The notes: a model not told the origin generated them from the sequence alone. A stretch of DNA of 64,000 bases from Candidatus Multivoradales bacterium (GCA_965223855.1 CBDCXM010000008.1:640001-704000), one strand, 5' to 3'; positions 8,076 to 19,112 are shown, numbered from the stretch's first letter. Program-made: numbers and translations.

Positions 8076-10999
8076 GGATACCTCCCTCGCGCAGCCCGCA
8101 CCCGCAACCCGGGTTCGGAAACCTCGACGGCGATCTTTCGCCAGTCGCCCTCGGCGTCCTGCTCTCCGTAGTAGCCGAGCACGTACTGACTGCGCAGCTC
8201 TTCCGCGATCTCGGCATAGACGTCGCCGAGGTCCTCGCCGACGCGGGTGAAGTAGACCCGACCGCCGACGTCGTCCACGAGCTCCTGCAGCCGTCGCAGG
8301 AAACCTCTCACGTTGAGCCCCCGGCCTTCGGTGCGGACGATCTCGTTGTTCGACAGGATGACGTAGATCGGAACCCCGACTACGCGCGCGAAGCGCCGCG
8401 CGACGCGGTAGGAGAAGTCCGGATCCTCGTCGGCGCCGTCGCTGTAGACCACCAGCGCCTTCTTGCCCGGCGTTCCCTGGAGCTGCACCAGCGAGTAGAC
8501 GATCCCCTTCCAGATCGAGGTGAAGCCCTCAGGGCGCATCGCCTCGACCCCGCGCAGCAACTTCGGGACGTCTCCGGTGGTCGCCGCCAGCAGGTCGGGC
8601 TCTCTACCAAAGCCGACGACGAAACCGCGGTCGCGCTCGCTCAGCAACTGCTCGAGAAAGTCCATCGCCGCGAGCTGCACCGTCGGCAGCTTGACGAACA
8701 TCGACGCCGAGGTATCGACCGACAGGCCGACCGTCAAAGGGATCGAACCGGCGCTGGTGAAGACGGCGATCGGCTGCTCCTCGCCGTCCTCCCGAACCTC
8801 GAACGCCTCCTTCGGCAGGTCGGCGACCGGCCGGCCGTCGGCACCGGTGACGACGGCCAACACCTCCACCAGTGTGACCTGAAGGCGCTCTCCGGTGGCG
8901 GCGCTGTTGACGAACAGGACGTCCTCCGCCGACGAGCCGTCGACGAGGGTGACGATCGCGCGCACGAAGCCCCGCGCCCCCGGCTCGAGCGGCACCCGCT
9001 GGCGGAACGGCGGCGCGAACAGGGTGCCGATCGGGCGGTCGACCCACAGGAACTCGACGCGCGCGATCCGTGCGGCCAGCGGCCGGTCGATGGTCGCCTC
9101 CACCCACAGCTCTCCCTGAGCGCGCACACCACCGTTAGGGGACTTCGTCGCTTCCGGTGCGTTGAGCGCGATCGCCAGCTCCCGGTTGCCGGAGTTGATC
9201 CGCAGCGCATCGCGCCCGATCTCGGTCCCTTCGGCGTCGCGAGCCACCACTTCGACCCGGCGCGCCCGCGGCAGCTCGCCCAGATCGAGCGATGCCTCGT
9301 AGGGTGCCGCGCGGCGCACCGCTTCGCGGCGACCGTCGAGCAGGAACTCGACCTCGGCGGTCCGTGGATCGGCGACGGCGACCGCGAACGGTGTGCGGCC
9401 GACGAGCAAGGCGTCCTGCGGCGCCAGCAGACGCACCGGAGCGGCCGACGGAAGATCGACCAGCATCGACCCGTCGGCGGCGCGGTGGGACTCGACCGCG
9501 GAAGTGAAACCGGCGAAGGTGCCGCCCCATCGATCGGTCGCCAGTTCGTCGAGCACCACCAATACAGGCGTGGTCGCCGGATCGATCCCCGCCTCGGCGG
9601 GCAGATCGAGTGTAATCCTGCCGGAGCCCAGGTCGGCCGCCTCGACCGTCCGCTGATCGACGATCTCCGTCCCCCCATCGCGCGCCACGGCGACGGTCAG
9701 CCGGACCGGCGCGCTGACCGGAGTCCCGCCGCCGGCGCTCGCGAGCTCGATCGCCAGCTGCGGCGGGGTACCCGCAGCGACCAACGCGGCCACCTGAAGC
9801 TCACCGTCGAGCGTCTCGCCCGAAGCGGCAAGGTAGCGCGCACGTGCGGCACCGAGCGCCGCCGGTGCACCGGCACCGATCCACGCCGGCGCCGCCACCG
9901 CACGCTCGAGCCCCTGCGCCCGCACCTCGATCGGCAACGCCTCTCCCAGCTCGGGCAGGCGAACCGCGAGGACGCTCCTCCACTCGAGCTCGGTGAGCCT
10001 GCGGTCGAGAATCAGCGGATCTCGTACCACCGAGCCGCCGGTCGCCTCGGCGAGCGGCGCCAGACCGCTCGTCGGGTCGAGTTGCCATGCGGTCTCGTCC
10101 GGCTCGGCTTCCTCATCGTCGGCGCCTCGCCGCAACAGGCCCAGGACATCGGTCCCGATCACTGTCCTGGGCACCTCACGCCCATCGGGGGTCGTCACCG
10201 TCTCGGGCGGCTTCTGCGGCAACGAGCCGGCCAGGAGCGCGTCGGAGCCGGCCGCGGGTGCGAACGGCAGGACCGTCCACCCGGTCATCGCAAGCGCCTG
10301 ACCGACCTCCGCCAGCGTCGGCTCGACGACGAACTCGGGCACCGTCACCGAGGTGCGGCCCGCCCGTTCGAGCGCTACACGGTAGAACTCCCCCGCCGCG
10401 GCATCGTGACCCGAACCGGCCAGCAACAGCAGGCGGGGCCCCGCCCGCCGCTCGGCGGTCGCCCACAGCAGCAGCCCTTCGCGCTGCACTCGCAGCACCT
10501 CGCGCTCGATCCGCAGACTCTCCTCGAGTGCCGCCGCGATCTCGGCCTCGGAGAGCCGCGAGTCGAGCTGCTCGACGAATTCCCGGCGTACCGCCGTCTG
10601 CGCGTCGGCGCTCGACTCGCGCAGTCGCAGCCATGACAGCGCCTCGGCCAGCACCGCCGGCTCGGTCGTCGGCGGTAGAGACGCCCGTACCGACTCACCG
10701 CCCAGCAGAACCTCCACCGGCCCGAGCGCGATCAGCTCTTCGGCGCGTTCACTGAGCAGGATCGCCGCGTTGGCGAGCGCCAGCGGGTCGGACAGCAGCT
10801 GGTCGAAGTAGAGAACGACCTGCCAGTCGGCGGGCGGCAGAGCGCGGAAGTCGAGCTTCTCGCCGCCCGCCACGACCTCGACATCGTCGAGTTGATCCGC
10901 AGGCACGGCTACCGTGATCGGCAGCTCGTCGGCCGGCTGACCGCCGACGACGGACGCCAGAGCGACGACCCCGCACAGAATCCAACCCGCGACTCTCAT
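8072..10999 (-). CDS. Large exported VWA domain protein (Acidobacteria VWA-related type)
   Basis: Signal peptide; Ig-like segments; C-terminal VWA with DTSASM MIDAS motif, YSDGAD and ELRSQYVLGY. Confidence 0.8.
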   Translation of the reverse strand: MRVAGWILCGVVALASVVGGQPADELPITVAVPADQLDDVEVVAGGEKLDFRALPPADWQVVLYFDQLLSDPLALANAAILLSERAEELIALGPVEVLLGGESVRASLPPTTEPAVLAEALSWLRLRESSADAQTAVRREFVEQLDSRLSEAEIAAALEESLRIEREVLRVQREGLLLWATAERRAGPRLLLLAGSGHDAAAGEFYRVALERAGRTSVTVPEFVVEPTLAEVGQALAMTGWTVLPFAPAAGSDALLAGSLPQKPPETVTTPDGREVPRTVIGTDVLGLLRRGADDEEAEPDETAWQLDPTSGLAPLAEATGGSVVRDPLILDRRLTELEWRSVLAVRLPELGEALPIEVRAQGLERAVAAPAWIGAGAPAALGAARARYLAASGETLDGELQVAALVAAGTPPQLAIELASAGGGTPVSAPVRLTVAVARDGGTEIVDQRTVEAADLGSGRITLDLPAEAGIDPATTPVLVVLDELATDRWGGTFAGFTSAVESHRAADGSMLVDLPSAAPVRLLAPQDALLVGRTPFAVAVADPRTAEVEFLLDGRREAVRRAAPYEASLDLGELPRARRVEVVARDAEGTEIGRDALRINSGNRELAIALNAPEATKSPNGGVRAQGELWVEATIDRPLAARIARVEFLWVDRPIGTLFAPPFRQRVPLEPGARGFVRAIVTLVDGSSAEDVLFVNSAATGERLQVTLVEVLAVVTGADGRPVADLPKEAFEVREDGEEQPIAVFTSAGSIPLTVGLSVDTSASMFVKLPTVQLAAMDFLEQLLSERDRGFVVGFGREPDLLAATTGDVPKLLRGVEAMRPEGFTSIWKGIVYSLVQLQGTPGKKALVVYSDGADEDPDFSYRVARRFARVVGVPIYVILSNNEIVRTEGRGLNVRGFLRRLQELVDDVGGRVYFTRVGEDLGDVYAEIAEELRSQYVLGYYGEQDAEGDWRKIAVEVSEPGLRVRAARGRYP

Positions 11000-11182
11000 C
11001 GCTCTACCAACGGCCTTTCCCTCCTGCTTCATTCCCCGGCTTCCGTCTCGCCGCCGGGATCTCCCACCGGCGGCACGCTCCGAGCGTACACGGCCGGCCC
11101 GGCTCCGGAGGCTCCCCTTGCCGGGTGGCAACCCCGGGTCGATTCGCACCGCCCCGCCGAGGATCGCCGAAGGCCGCGGACG

Positions 11183-14100
11183 CTACGGCACGACGTTCGA
11201 CCAGTTCATCAGGTCGCCGCTCTCGAAGCCGTCCATGAAGATCAGCTTCCCCGGCGAGAGATCGAGCGACAGGTCGTCCACGAACACCTCGAAGGTCGCG
11301 CCCGAAGGCTGGCTGAGCGAAACCTCGCAGAGCGCCGACCGCGCACCGCTCGGCACGTCCTCCGTCTTCGAGAAGGCGAACCAGACACCCGGGGTGCTGA
11401 GCTGATCGGTCACCGACTGGCCCGGCGTCGGAGTCCCGGAGCAATCGAGAGAGGTGTAGTAGTCGCACGTCCTCGTCAGCTCCACGGTCGTCCCGGTCGT
11501 GTCGAGCAGGGCGGAACCCCGGTAGGAAACCACCGAACCGCGCACTACGGAGGCGCACTGGCCGAGAGCCAGGGGCGCCGTACCTCCACCGCCGGTGAAC
11601 CGCGCCGAACCGGAGATCGACGCACCGTCGACGTCTACCGCCGGGTCGTGGTCAATGGAGGTGATTCCCTCGGTCACGGCCGTCCAGCCTTCGAGGTCGC
11701 AGTCGAAGTGGCCGTTGACGAAGCGGTCCGGCTCATCGACCCTGAAGTAGAGAGCGAAGTCGTCGCCTCCGGCGCCGTCACCGTCGCCGTCGAGTGCGTT
11801 GAGCGAGGTGTCGGCAAGGCCGCCACTGCAGGCGAGGAACAGGTGCGGCGCATTCTCGAGCGTCTCCTCGAGCAGCACGGCAGCGGTCAGAGTTCCACCG
11901 TCGTAGGTCACCTCGACGAGCGCCTGATCCACGTCGTCACCGCCCACTCCCGAGCAGTCCACGGTCGACAGGTCGAGATCCTTGCCGGCCGCCACCACCT
12001 GCCAGTTGGCAGGATTGGTCACCGAGTTGGGATCGGCGGTGCCCGACTCGAACATCGGCTCGTCGAAGGTGGCGAGCAGGGCGTCGATCGTGGTGTATGC
12101 CGTTTCGCAGAACTCGAGCTCACCGTCGCCGGTGCCGTTGATCGTGTCGACCAGGACGATCTGAGGCGGCGTCGCATCGAACACGTCGAGGGTATCGCTC
12201 GCCGTCCCGCTGTTGCCGGACGAAGAGGTGAGATCACCGGTCGTGTTCAAGTAGGTGCCGACGACGCTGCTGGTCACGTCGACCACCAGCGTGCACGAAG
12301 ACGCGGCGCCGACCGTCCCGCCGCTGTAGTCGATGACTCCCGTTCCGGCCGCGGCCGTCAGCGTGCCGCCGGTACAGCTGTTGGTGGCATTGGGCGGCGT
12401 CGCGACCACGACTCCCGCCGGCAGGTTGTCGACGAACGCCAGATCCGTGGCGTCGATCGCGCTGGCGCTGTTGTCGATCGTGAAGGTCAGTGCCGACACC
12501 TCGTCGGTCCCGATCGCGTTCGGTACGAACTCCTTGGCGAAGGTCGGCGGAGGTTCGATGGTGAGATCCGCGGTAGCGGGGTCGGCCACCTCGAGGCCAC
12601 CCTGCGTCAGATTGGTGGTGACGTTGGGATAGGTCCCCGGTGCGACGCCGGCCGGCACCTGGACTTCGACGTCGAACGAACAGGTGCCACCCATCGGCGG
12701 TAGCTCGCCACCCGAGAAGAGAAGCAGCGAGGTACCGGTGAGGGTCGATGCGGCACCGCAGGGCAGCACCGGAAGGCTGGTGGCCACGAGTCCCGGAATC
12801 ACGGCACTCAGGTCGTCCTGAAAGGCCAGACCGGTCGCCGCATCGTCGCCCGGGTTGGTGAGCGTGAAGGTCAGGACGGCGGTGCCGGTTGCGGCGGTCG
12901 GTCCGTCGAAGGACTTGGAGAAGGTCAGCAGCGCGAGGACCGCCAGGGTGTCGCTGCCGGGATCGCCGGTGACGCCGAAGCCGCCGATCGTGCCGGTGAC
13001 GGCACTCGTGACGTTCGGATACTCACCGGCGTCGGCGCCCGCCGGAACGTCGAGCGAGACCCGGATCGTGCAGGATCCTCCGGCCGCCAGGGCGGCTCCG
13101 GTAGCCGTGATCAGTCCCGTGCCGGTACCGCTTACCGAGGCTCCGCAGTCGTTGAAGTCGAGGCTCGAGAAGGTCAGTCCGGGCAACGTCGCCGCGAGAT
13201 CGTCCGTGAAGGCGATCGCAGAGGCGGCGTTCGACGGGTCGAGGTTGGTGAGCACGAACTCGAGCGTCACCGAGTCCCCCGGTGCGACCGGGTCGTCCGT
13301 GAACGCCTTGCTCAACTGCAGCAGGTTCGAGTCGATCGTCAGGACGTCGGTGGCGGCGTCGATGATCACCGTCCCGCCACTCTGAGTGGCAGTGAGAAGG
13401 CTGGTCGTATTGGCGTAGTCACCGTCGGCGGCTCCGACCGGGACGAGGATCGGGTACTCGATCGTGCACGTCTGACCGGCCGCGAGACTGCCGTTGGTGT
13501 AGAAGATCGTCGTGGAAGTGCCGGCTTCGGTGCCATTGCAGGTGTTGACCGTCGGCGCTGAGGTGGTCAGGTCCGGAGTTCCCGGGAGCACGTCGCTCAG
13601 TGCGTCGGAAAAACCGATCGCCGTCGCGGCGTCGGTCGGGTGCACGTTCTCGATCGTGAAGCGCAGCGTGACGGTCTGACCCGGCAGAACCGGGTTGTCG
13701 AGAAACTCCTTGGCGAACGTCAACCCGGCTACAGCCAGGTCTGCGGTCGCCGGCGCCGAGGTAGCCGCAACGCCATCGACGTCGGCACTCACTCCGCTGG
13801 TCGTGTTGGTGTAGCCACCCGGTGCCGCGCCGGCCGGCACGTCCAGGGTGACACTGAAGGCGCAGCTCGCCCCTGGCGCCAGGGTGCCGCCGGCGAAGGT
13901 CAGGAGCGTGTCGCCGGCGCTGCCGGTCAGGGTGGAGCCGGCACCGCAAGGCGGATCGGGAGTTCCGGGCAGATTCGCGGTCAGCCCTGCAAGGAAGGTC
14001 AGGTCGTCGGTGAAGGCGATGTTCGTGGCGTCGGTCGTCGCGTCCTCGGGATGGGTGAGCGTGAACTCCAGGGTCACGGTACCTCCCGGCGGAACCGGAT

Positions 14101-15847
14101 CGTCGGTGAACGCCTTGGTCAGATCGGGTGCCGCCACAACCACCAGGTCGTCGCTGGCCGGGGACCCGGCAGTCGAGGCGCCGTCGACGGTCGCCGTCAC
14201 CGCGCTGGTGGTGTTCGGGTAGACCCCGGACGCCGCGTTCGCCACCACGTCGAGCGTGATCGAGAAGGTACAGGAGTCACCGGCAGATCCGGCAGGGGCG
14301 AGCGAGCCGCCCGCCAGGGTGAACTGCGCCGGTATGCTGCTACTCGGCGGGGGTGGGTTGATGAGCGGCGTGAAGGTGCAGGTGGAGCCGTCGCCGCAGC
14401 AGTCGTCTCCCGGAGTGACGGACGCCGTGGGGAGGATGACGTCGAAAATGTCCTCGAAGGCGACGTCCGTAGCAGCGGAGGTCGCACTCGTGTTCGTGAT
14501 CGTGAACTCGAGTTCCGTCGTGTCGCCCGGCTGAACCGGGTCGTCGAGGAAGGTCTTCGTGATCACCGGGGTCGCCTGGACGAAGAGCAGGTCGCTCGCC
14601 GCATTGCCCACCACACCCTCGCCACCGATCGTCGCCGTGATCGTGCTGCTGGTGTTGAGATAGCTTCCCGGGGTAGCGGTCGGCGGGACGACGACTTCGA
14701 CCTCTACCGTGCAGGAGGCCTCCGGCGACAGCGTCGCGCCCGACAGCGACAGCACCGCCGTTCCTGCGCCAGAAACCGGAGTGCTGCAATTCTCCGACAG
14801 CACTGTCCCGAAAACGGCCCCCGGCAACGGCGGCGCGAGGGTCGTCAGGTCGTCCGAGAAGGCGATGCCGGTCGCCGTCGCAAGGCGATCGAAGTTCGTC
14901 ACCGTGAACTCCAGGGCAGCGGTGCTGCCGGGCGCCGCCGGGTCGTCGGTGAACTCCTTCTGAAGGGCGATCTGCGAGACGGAGACGTCGAGGGTGTCGC
15001 TCGCCTTGCCGGCCGAGATCTGGCCGGTGCCTCCCGGGCTGACCAGAAGCTCCGAGGTGACGTTGTCCAGCTCACCGCCGGCGGTGGCGACGACATCGAC
15101 GACGGCCGTACAGGTGGTGCCGGCAGCGACCGGTCCGGTGCCCGACAACGCCACCGACGTGGCGCCAGGCGCAGCCGTCAGGACACTGGCCGCGCAATCG
15201 GTCGAAGCCGCTGCCGGATCCGCGACGACGAGGCCTGCCGGGAAGACGTCGGTGAAGCTGGGGAAGAACAGGCTGCTGGAGCCCGCCGAGTTGTCAATCG
15301 TGAACGTCAGTGTGCTGCGGGCCCCAAGCGGCACGGCCGCGGGCGCGAAGCTCTTCGAGAAGCCGGGGCGGTTGGTATCGACGGTCAGGTCCACCGGCAG
15401 GCTCATGGTCGATCCCACCGAGGAAGTAAGAGTCACCGCGGGGTTGGTGTGAGCCCCCGGGGTGCTCGCAGTGACGTCGACGGTGACCGTACAGGAGGCG
15501 CCCGCTCCGACCTCCGCATCGCTGAGAGCGATGGTCGAGCCACCGTCGGGAGCCGTCAGGGAGCCACCGGTGTCGAGAGTGCAGTCGGTCGATGCGTTGG
15601 CAGGATCGGCGATCGTGATCGCCACCGGAAGGACATCGACAAAGGCCATGTCGACGACGGGCGCACCGGTGAAGTTCTGGATCGTGAAGGTCGCCGTGCT
15701 GACGCTGCCGGGACCGATCGTGCTGGGCCCGAAGACCTTCGAGAAGGCGACCACTTCGCCGGCCGTCGCGGCGGAGGGCAGGAGCGCAGCCGGCAGGAGC
15801 GCCAGCGACAGAAAGAAGAGCTTCTTGCGGCGGGACTCAGTCGTCAT
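11183..15847 (-). CDS. Large secreted repeat protein with ~9 DUF11-like Ig repeats and a C-terminal IFxDGFESG tail
   Basis: Signal peptide; nine ~130-145 aa repeats beginning xxxxKxF and containing paired Cys; ends LIFMDGFESGDLMNWSNVVP. Confidence 0.85.
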   Translation of the reverse strand: MTTESRRKKLFFLSLALLPAALLPSAATAGEVVAFSKVFGPSTIGPGSVSTATFTIQNFTGAPVVDMAFVDVLPVAITIADPANASTDCTLDTGGSLTAPDGGSTIALSDAEVGAGASCTVTVDVTASTPGAHTNPAVTLTSSVGSTMSLPVDLTVDTNRPGFSKSFAPAAVPLGARSTLTFTIDNSAGSSSLFFPSFTDVFPAGLVVADPAAASTDCAASVLTAAPGATSVALSGTGPVAAGTTCTAVVDVVATAGGELDNVTSELLVSPGGTGQISAGKASDTLDVSVSQIALQKEFTDDPAAPGSTAALEFTVTNFDRLATATGIAFSDDLTTLAPPLPGAVFGTVLSENCSTPVSGAGTAVLSLSGATLSPEASCTVEVEVVVPPTATPGSYLNTSSTITATIGGEGVVGNAASDLLFVQATPVITKTFLDDPVQPGDTTELEFTITNTSATSAATDVAFEDIFDVILPTASVTPGDDCCGDGSTCTFTPLINPPPPSSSIPAQFTLAGGSLAPAGSAGDSCTFSITLDVVANAASGVYPNTTSAVTATVDGASTAGSPASDDLVVVAAPDLTKAFTDDPVPPGGTVTLEFTLTHPEDATTDATNIAFTDDLTFLAGLTANLPGTPDPPCGAGSTLTGSAGDTLLTFAGGTLAPGASCAFSVTLDVPAGAAPGGYTNTTSGVSADVDGVAATSAPATADLAVAGLTFAKEFLDNPVLPGQTVTLRFTIENVHPTDAATAIGFSDALSDVLPGTPDLTTSAPTVNTCNGTEAGTSTTIFYTNGSLAAGQTCTIEYPILVPVGAADGDYANTTSLLTATQSGGTVIIDAATDVLTIDSNLLQLSKAFTDDPVAPGDSVTLEFVLTNLDPSNAASAIAFTDDLAATLPGLTFSSLDFNDCGASVSGTGTGLITATGAALAAGGSCTIRVSLDVPAGADAGEYPNVTSAVTGTIGGFGVTGDPGSDTLAVLALLTFSKSFDGPTAATGTAVLTFTLTNPGDDAATGLAFQDDLSAVIPGLVATSLPVLPCGAASTLTGTSLLLFSGGELPPMGGTCSFDVEVQVPAGVAPGTYPNVTTNLTQGGLEVADPATADLTIEPPPTFAKEFVPNAIGTDEVSALTFTIDNSASAIDATDLAFVDNLPAGVVVATPPNATNSCTGGTLTAAAGTGVIDYSGGTVGAASSCTLVVDVTSSVVGTYLNTTGDLTSSSGNSGTASDTLDVFDATPPQIVLVDTINGTGDGELEFCETAYTTIDALLATFDEPMFESGTADPNSVTNPANWQVVAAGKDLDLSTVDCSGVGGDDVDQALVEVTYDGGTLTAAVLLEETLENAPHLFLACSGGLADTSLNALDGDGDGAGGDDFALYFRVDEPDRFVNGHFDCDLEGWTAVTEGITSIDHDPAVDVDGASISGSARFTGGGGTAPLALGQCASVVRGSVVSYRGSALLDTTGTTVELTRTCDYYTSLDCSGTPTPGQSVTDQLSTPGVWFAFSKTEDVPSGARSALCEVSLSQPSGATFEVFVDDLSLDLSPGKLIFMDGFESGDLMNWSNVVP

Positions 15848-15939
15848 CGCGGGTCTCCCAGGCGGGTGCGCCAGAGGCTGAAAAACATCCGGTTTTTGCC
15901 AACATACCATTGGCTTCGAAGAGCGCACGCGCCGAAGTC

Positions 15940-17385
15940 CTAGGGCCGGCAGGGTTCGTCGGTGCGAATCGCGGCTCTACGGTCGCGCAGCGCCGCGAGT
16001 GAGGCCTCCTCGGCCGACCCGCCCGCCCGGTCGAGAAGATCGTCCAGCCAGGCGGCCGCGTCGGCGCAGCGATCCGCTTCGCGCAGCGCATCGCTGACGA
16101 GAACGCCGTGCTCCACGGTCGGGAGCGCGGTAAAGGCACGCCCCGCCAACTCCACGGCCCTCGATCCGTCGCGGTGGTCGAGGGAGGGGACGAGCGCCAG
16201 GAATCTCGCATGAGCCGCCGTCACCCGTACCGACTGCGGCACGAGGGCCGATGCCTCCTCGAGACGCTCCAGCGCGCCGTCGTAATCACCCAGCGCCAGG
16301 CGGGTATCGACCCACGCCAGCCACGCCTCTTCGTCGTCGGGACGCTCCTCGAGGAATCTCTCGAAATGCCCGCTGGCTTCCTCCGCCTCCCCCTGTCCCA
16401 TGAGAAGGCTCGCCAGATTGAAGCGGGCCGTGAGGTTGTCCGGTTCCAGCCGTAGCGCTTCCTCCAGCTGAGCGGCTGCGCCGCGGGGGTCGCCGACAGC
16501 AGAAAGGGCCGCCCCCAGGTTGACCCTGGCACGTACACTCGCGGGATCGGCGACGACCGCCTCGAGGAACAGGTCGGCGGCCTCCTCGAAGCTGCCGGCG
16601 GCGAAAGCGCGCCGCCCCTCGAGCAGCGCGACGCGCTCTCCCACCCGAAGACCCGCCAGAGCGTCGATCCGCGGATCGGGCGGGGCGAGACCGACCGCAC
16701 CGCGCAACGCGAGATGCCGGCGGGCGGCTTCGAGGTCTCCAAGCGCCCGGTACGCGAGTCCGAGCGGGTGGTGCAGGCGGGTGGCCGCCGGCACGGCCTC
16801 GAGCGCGGACGAGAGCCGCTCGACAGCCGTCCGATAATCGCCCTGCGCCAGTGCGAGCTCTCCGGCTCGCGCCTCGAGCACCGGGTCGTTGCCGGCCTCC
16901 GTCGCCTGGTCGAGGAACGCCAGCGCCTCGTCGTAGCGCCCGAGTTCACGCGCTGCGTCCGAGGCCCTGACGAGGGCGGCCAGGTTGTCGGGCTCGAGCT
17001 CGAGTACCGGCCGCAGCTGCCCCAGGGCCGTCTCGATCTCTCCGGCCGACTCTGCGACGACCGCGCGGTAGTACGGCCAGGCCGCGTCCTCGGGTGCGAG
17101 TCGCTCGGCCTGTTCGTAGCAGGTCGCGGCCTCCGCCAGCAGGTCGTAGGCGTGGTACGCCATCCCGAGCTCGCCCCACGCCTCGGCGCGGGCGCTGGGC
17201 TCGAGGGCGGCTTCGTCGATCCGCTCACCGGCCAGCTCTCCCAGCCTCGCCAGCTGCTCGGCCACCGCCGGCTCCAGCCTCGACAGGTCGGGAGCCGGAG
17301 TCTCCGGCGCGACCTCGGCCGCCACGACCGGTATCGCCAGCGCCAGCAGCACCGGGGCGAGAGTCGGCGGTCTCACCGCGGCCAC
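15940..17385 (-). CDS. Exported tetratricopeptide repeat protein
   Basis: Signal peptide and multiple TPR motifs; overlaps end of CRTAC1 gene. Confidence 0.8.
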   Translation of the reverse strand: MAAVRPPTLAPVLLALAIPVVAAEVAPETPAPDLSRLEPAVAEQLARLGELAGERIDEAALEPSARAEAWGELGMAYHAYDLLAEAATCYEQAERLAPEDAAWPYYRAVVAESAGEIETALGQLRPVLELEPDNLAALVRASDAARELGRYDEALAFLDQATEAGNDPVLEARAGELALAQGDYRTAVERLSSALEAVPAATRLHHPLGLAYRALGDLEAARRHLALRGAVGLAPPDPRIDALAGLRVGERVALLEGRRAFAAGSFEEAADLFLEAVVADPASVRARVNLGAALSAVGDPRGAAAQLEEALRLEPDNLTARFNLASLLMGQGEAEEASGHFERFLEERPDDEEAWLAWVDTRLALGDYDGALERLEEASALVPQSVRVTAAHARFLALVPSLDHRDGSRAVELAGRAFTALPTVEHGVLVSDALREADRCADAAAWLDDLLDRAGGSAEEASLAALRDRRAAIRTDEPCRP

Positions 17386-19112
17386 CTCAGGTATCGCCGA
17401 GGCGGGATCGGCCGCAGCCTCCGGCTCCGGGACCCGTCCCGGATCACGACCGACGCGTCGAGTCCCTCGAGCGGCAGGAGAACCCGTGGATCGCTCGCCG
17501 ACGCGAAGCTCCCCGCCGTGCGGGAACGTCGCAGTTCCTGCCTGAGTGGTGATTCGATCTCGACCGTCTGTCCTGCGGGACGCACGAACTCATGGCCCGA
17601 CCAGCCGGCGCCGTCGGTCGGCTCGCTCGCATAGAGCTCCGCCTGGCCCCCGTTGTTGGTGACGACGAGGTCGAGGTCTCCATCGTCATCGAGATCGCCG
17701 ACGGCGAGACCTCGACTCACTTCGAACCCGGCGATCCAGTCGCCGGACGTCTCCGACTCGAAGCGACCGGCATCGCTCAGGAAGAGCTGGTTGGGTTGAC
17801 GCAGCGGATGCTCGACCCCGTCGGCTACCTGATCGAGCTCGAGGCGCACCGCTCCGTTGACGGCGGCCAGGTCGAGCCAGCCGTCGCCATCGACATCCAG
17901 CCAGGCGGCGCCGAAACCGGTCGAAGGAAGCGTCGGCACCGCCAGAGCGCTGTCGGTCGTACGGTCGTCGAAGAGACCGTCCTGCTGGACGTAGAGGGTG
18001 TGCGTCTCGCCGTCGAGGTGGGTCAGGAGCACGTCCTCGTCTCCGTCGCGATCGAAGTCGGCGACGGCCACTCCCATGCTCGCCTCGGGCTCGCCTCGCC
18101 GGTTGACCGCTACTCCGGCCAGCAGCGCCTCGTCCCGCCAGCCTCCCGATTCATAGATCCATAGTCGATTGGGCGCACCGTCGTTGGCTACCAGGAGACC
18201 CCATCGCCAGGGCGAATCGAGCTCGACGATCGCCGCGCCGAGCCCCGGGCCCGGCTCATCGACGAAGCCGGAGGCCGGCTCGAACGTCCCGTCTCCGCGG
18301 TTGCGCAACAGCCGGTCGGCGACCGGCTCGAAGCCCGAGGGGCCGCAGTAGTCCGGCATGCTGTTGGTCGCGTAGCAGCTTGGCGGATCGGCCACCGGAT
18401 AGTCGACGTAGTTGACGATGAGGAGGTCCTGCCGGCCGTCGCCGTCGTAATCGAGCAAGACCCCGCTCGTCGTCCAGCGCGGAGTCGTTTCCCCGAGCGC
18501 GATGCTGGCATCGTCGAACCTGCCGTCACCGCGGTTGATCAGCAGCCGATTGGGCCCGTAGTTGCCGACGAAGAGATCGAAGTCGCCGTCGTCGTCGACG
18601 TCGCCCACCGAGACCGACATCCCGTAGCCGCCGGCCGGCAACGCAGCCGCCTCCGAGACGTCTTTCCACAGTGGTGCGCCCTCCGGTCCGACCCCGTCAT
18701 TGCGCAGCAGCCTGTCCGAAGGGGGAGGAGTATCTCCCGGCTCCCAGGGAGTGCCCTGAACGAAGTAGAGGTCGAGGTCGCCGTCGCCGTCGTAGTCGAA
18801 GAGCCCCGCTCCGGCGCCGGTCATCTCCGGGAAGAGCAGTGCCCCGGTGCTGCCGTTCGCGTGAACTGGGGCCGCAGTGCCGAGCCATGGCAGCCGGCGA
18901 AGCCCATCGGCTGTTGCCGTCTCGGCAATCTGCGCTCCAGCTAGCAGGCAGAGCCCTAGGAGGACCGACCTCCTCCCTGCTCCCCCTACTTGCGACCGAC
19001 GACGACCGGATCGGTGCCGAGACGAGCGAGCTCCAGCTACCAGCTTCACTTCGAGGCACGAACACTGCACGAGGCCTAGCGCCCGAGCCAGGATATCCAT
19101 GGCCGCAGTCAC
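17373..19112 (-). CDS. CRTAC1/FG-GAP (ASPIC/UnbV-like) family protein; true start probably ~18990
   Basis: Repeated DxDGDGDxD FG-GAP loops, EASMGVAVADFD and SRGLAVGDLDDDGDLD motifs. Confidence 0.85.
   Translation of the reverse strand: MTAAMDILARALGLVQCSCLEVKLVAGARSSRHRSGRRRSQVGGAGRRSVLLGLCLLAGAQIAETATADGLRRLPWLGTAAPVHANGSTGALLFPEMTGAGAGLFDYDGDGDLDLYFVQGTPWEPGDTPPPSDRLLRNDGVGPEGAPLWKDVSEAAALPAGGYGMSVSVGDVDDDGDFDLFVGNYGPNRLLINRGDGRFDDASIALGETTPRWTTSGVLLDYDGDGRQDLLIVNYVDYPVADPPSCYATNSMPDYCGPSGFEPVADRLLRNRGDGTFEPASGFVDEPGPGLGAAIVELDSPWRWGLLVANDGAPNRLWIYESGGWRDEALLAGVAVNRRGEPEASMGVAVADFDRDGDEDVLLTHLDGETHTLYVQQDGLFDDRTTDSALAVPTLPSTGFGAAWLDVDGDGWLDLAAVNGAVRLELDQVADGVEHPLRQPNQLFLSDAGRFESETSGDWIAGFEVSRGLAVGDLDDDGDLDLVVTNNGGQAELYASEPTDGAGWSGHEFVRPAGQTVEIESPLRQELRRSRTAGSFASASDPRVLLPLEGLDASVVIRDGSRSRRLRPIPPRRYLRWPR

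Noticed and set aside
7970-10636. Long antisense or alternate-frame ORFs (e.g. 7970-10636+, 13640-15943+, 20426-22165+, 24170-26488+, 54294-55733+)
   Set aside because: Shadow ORFs of real opposite-strand genes in high-GC DNA; no recognisable motifs.
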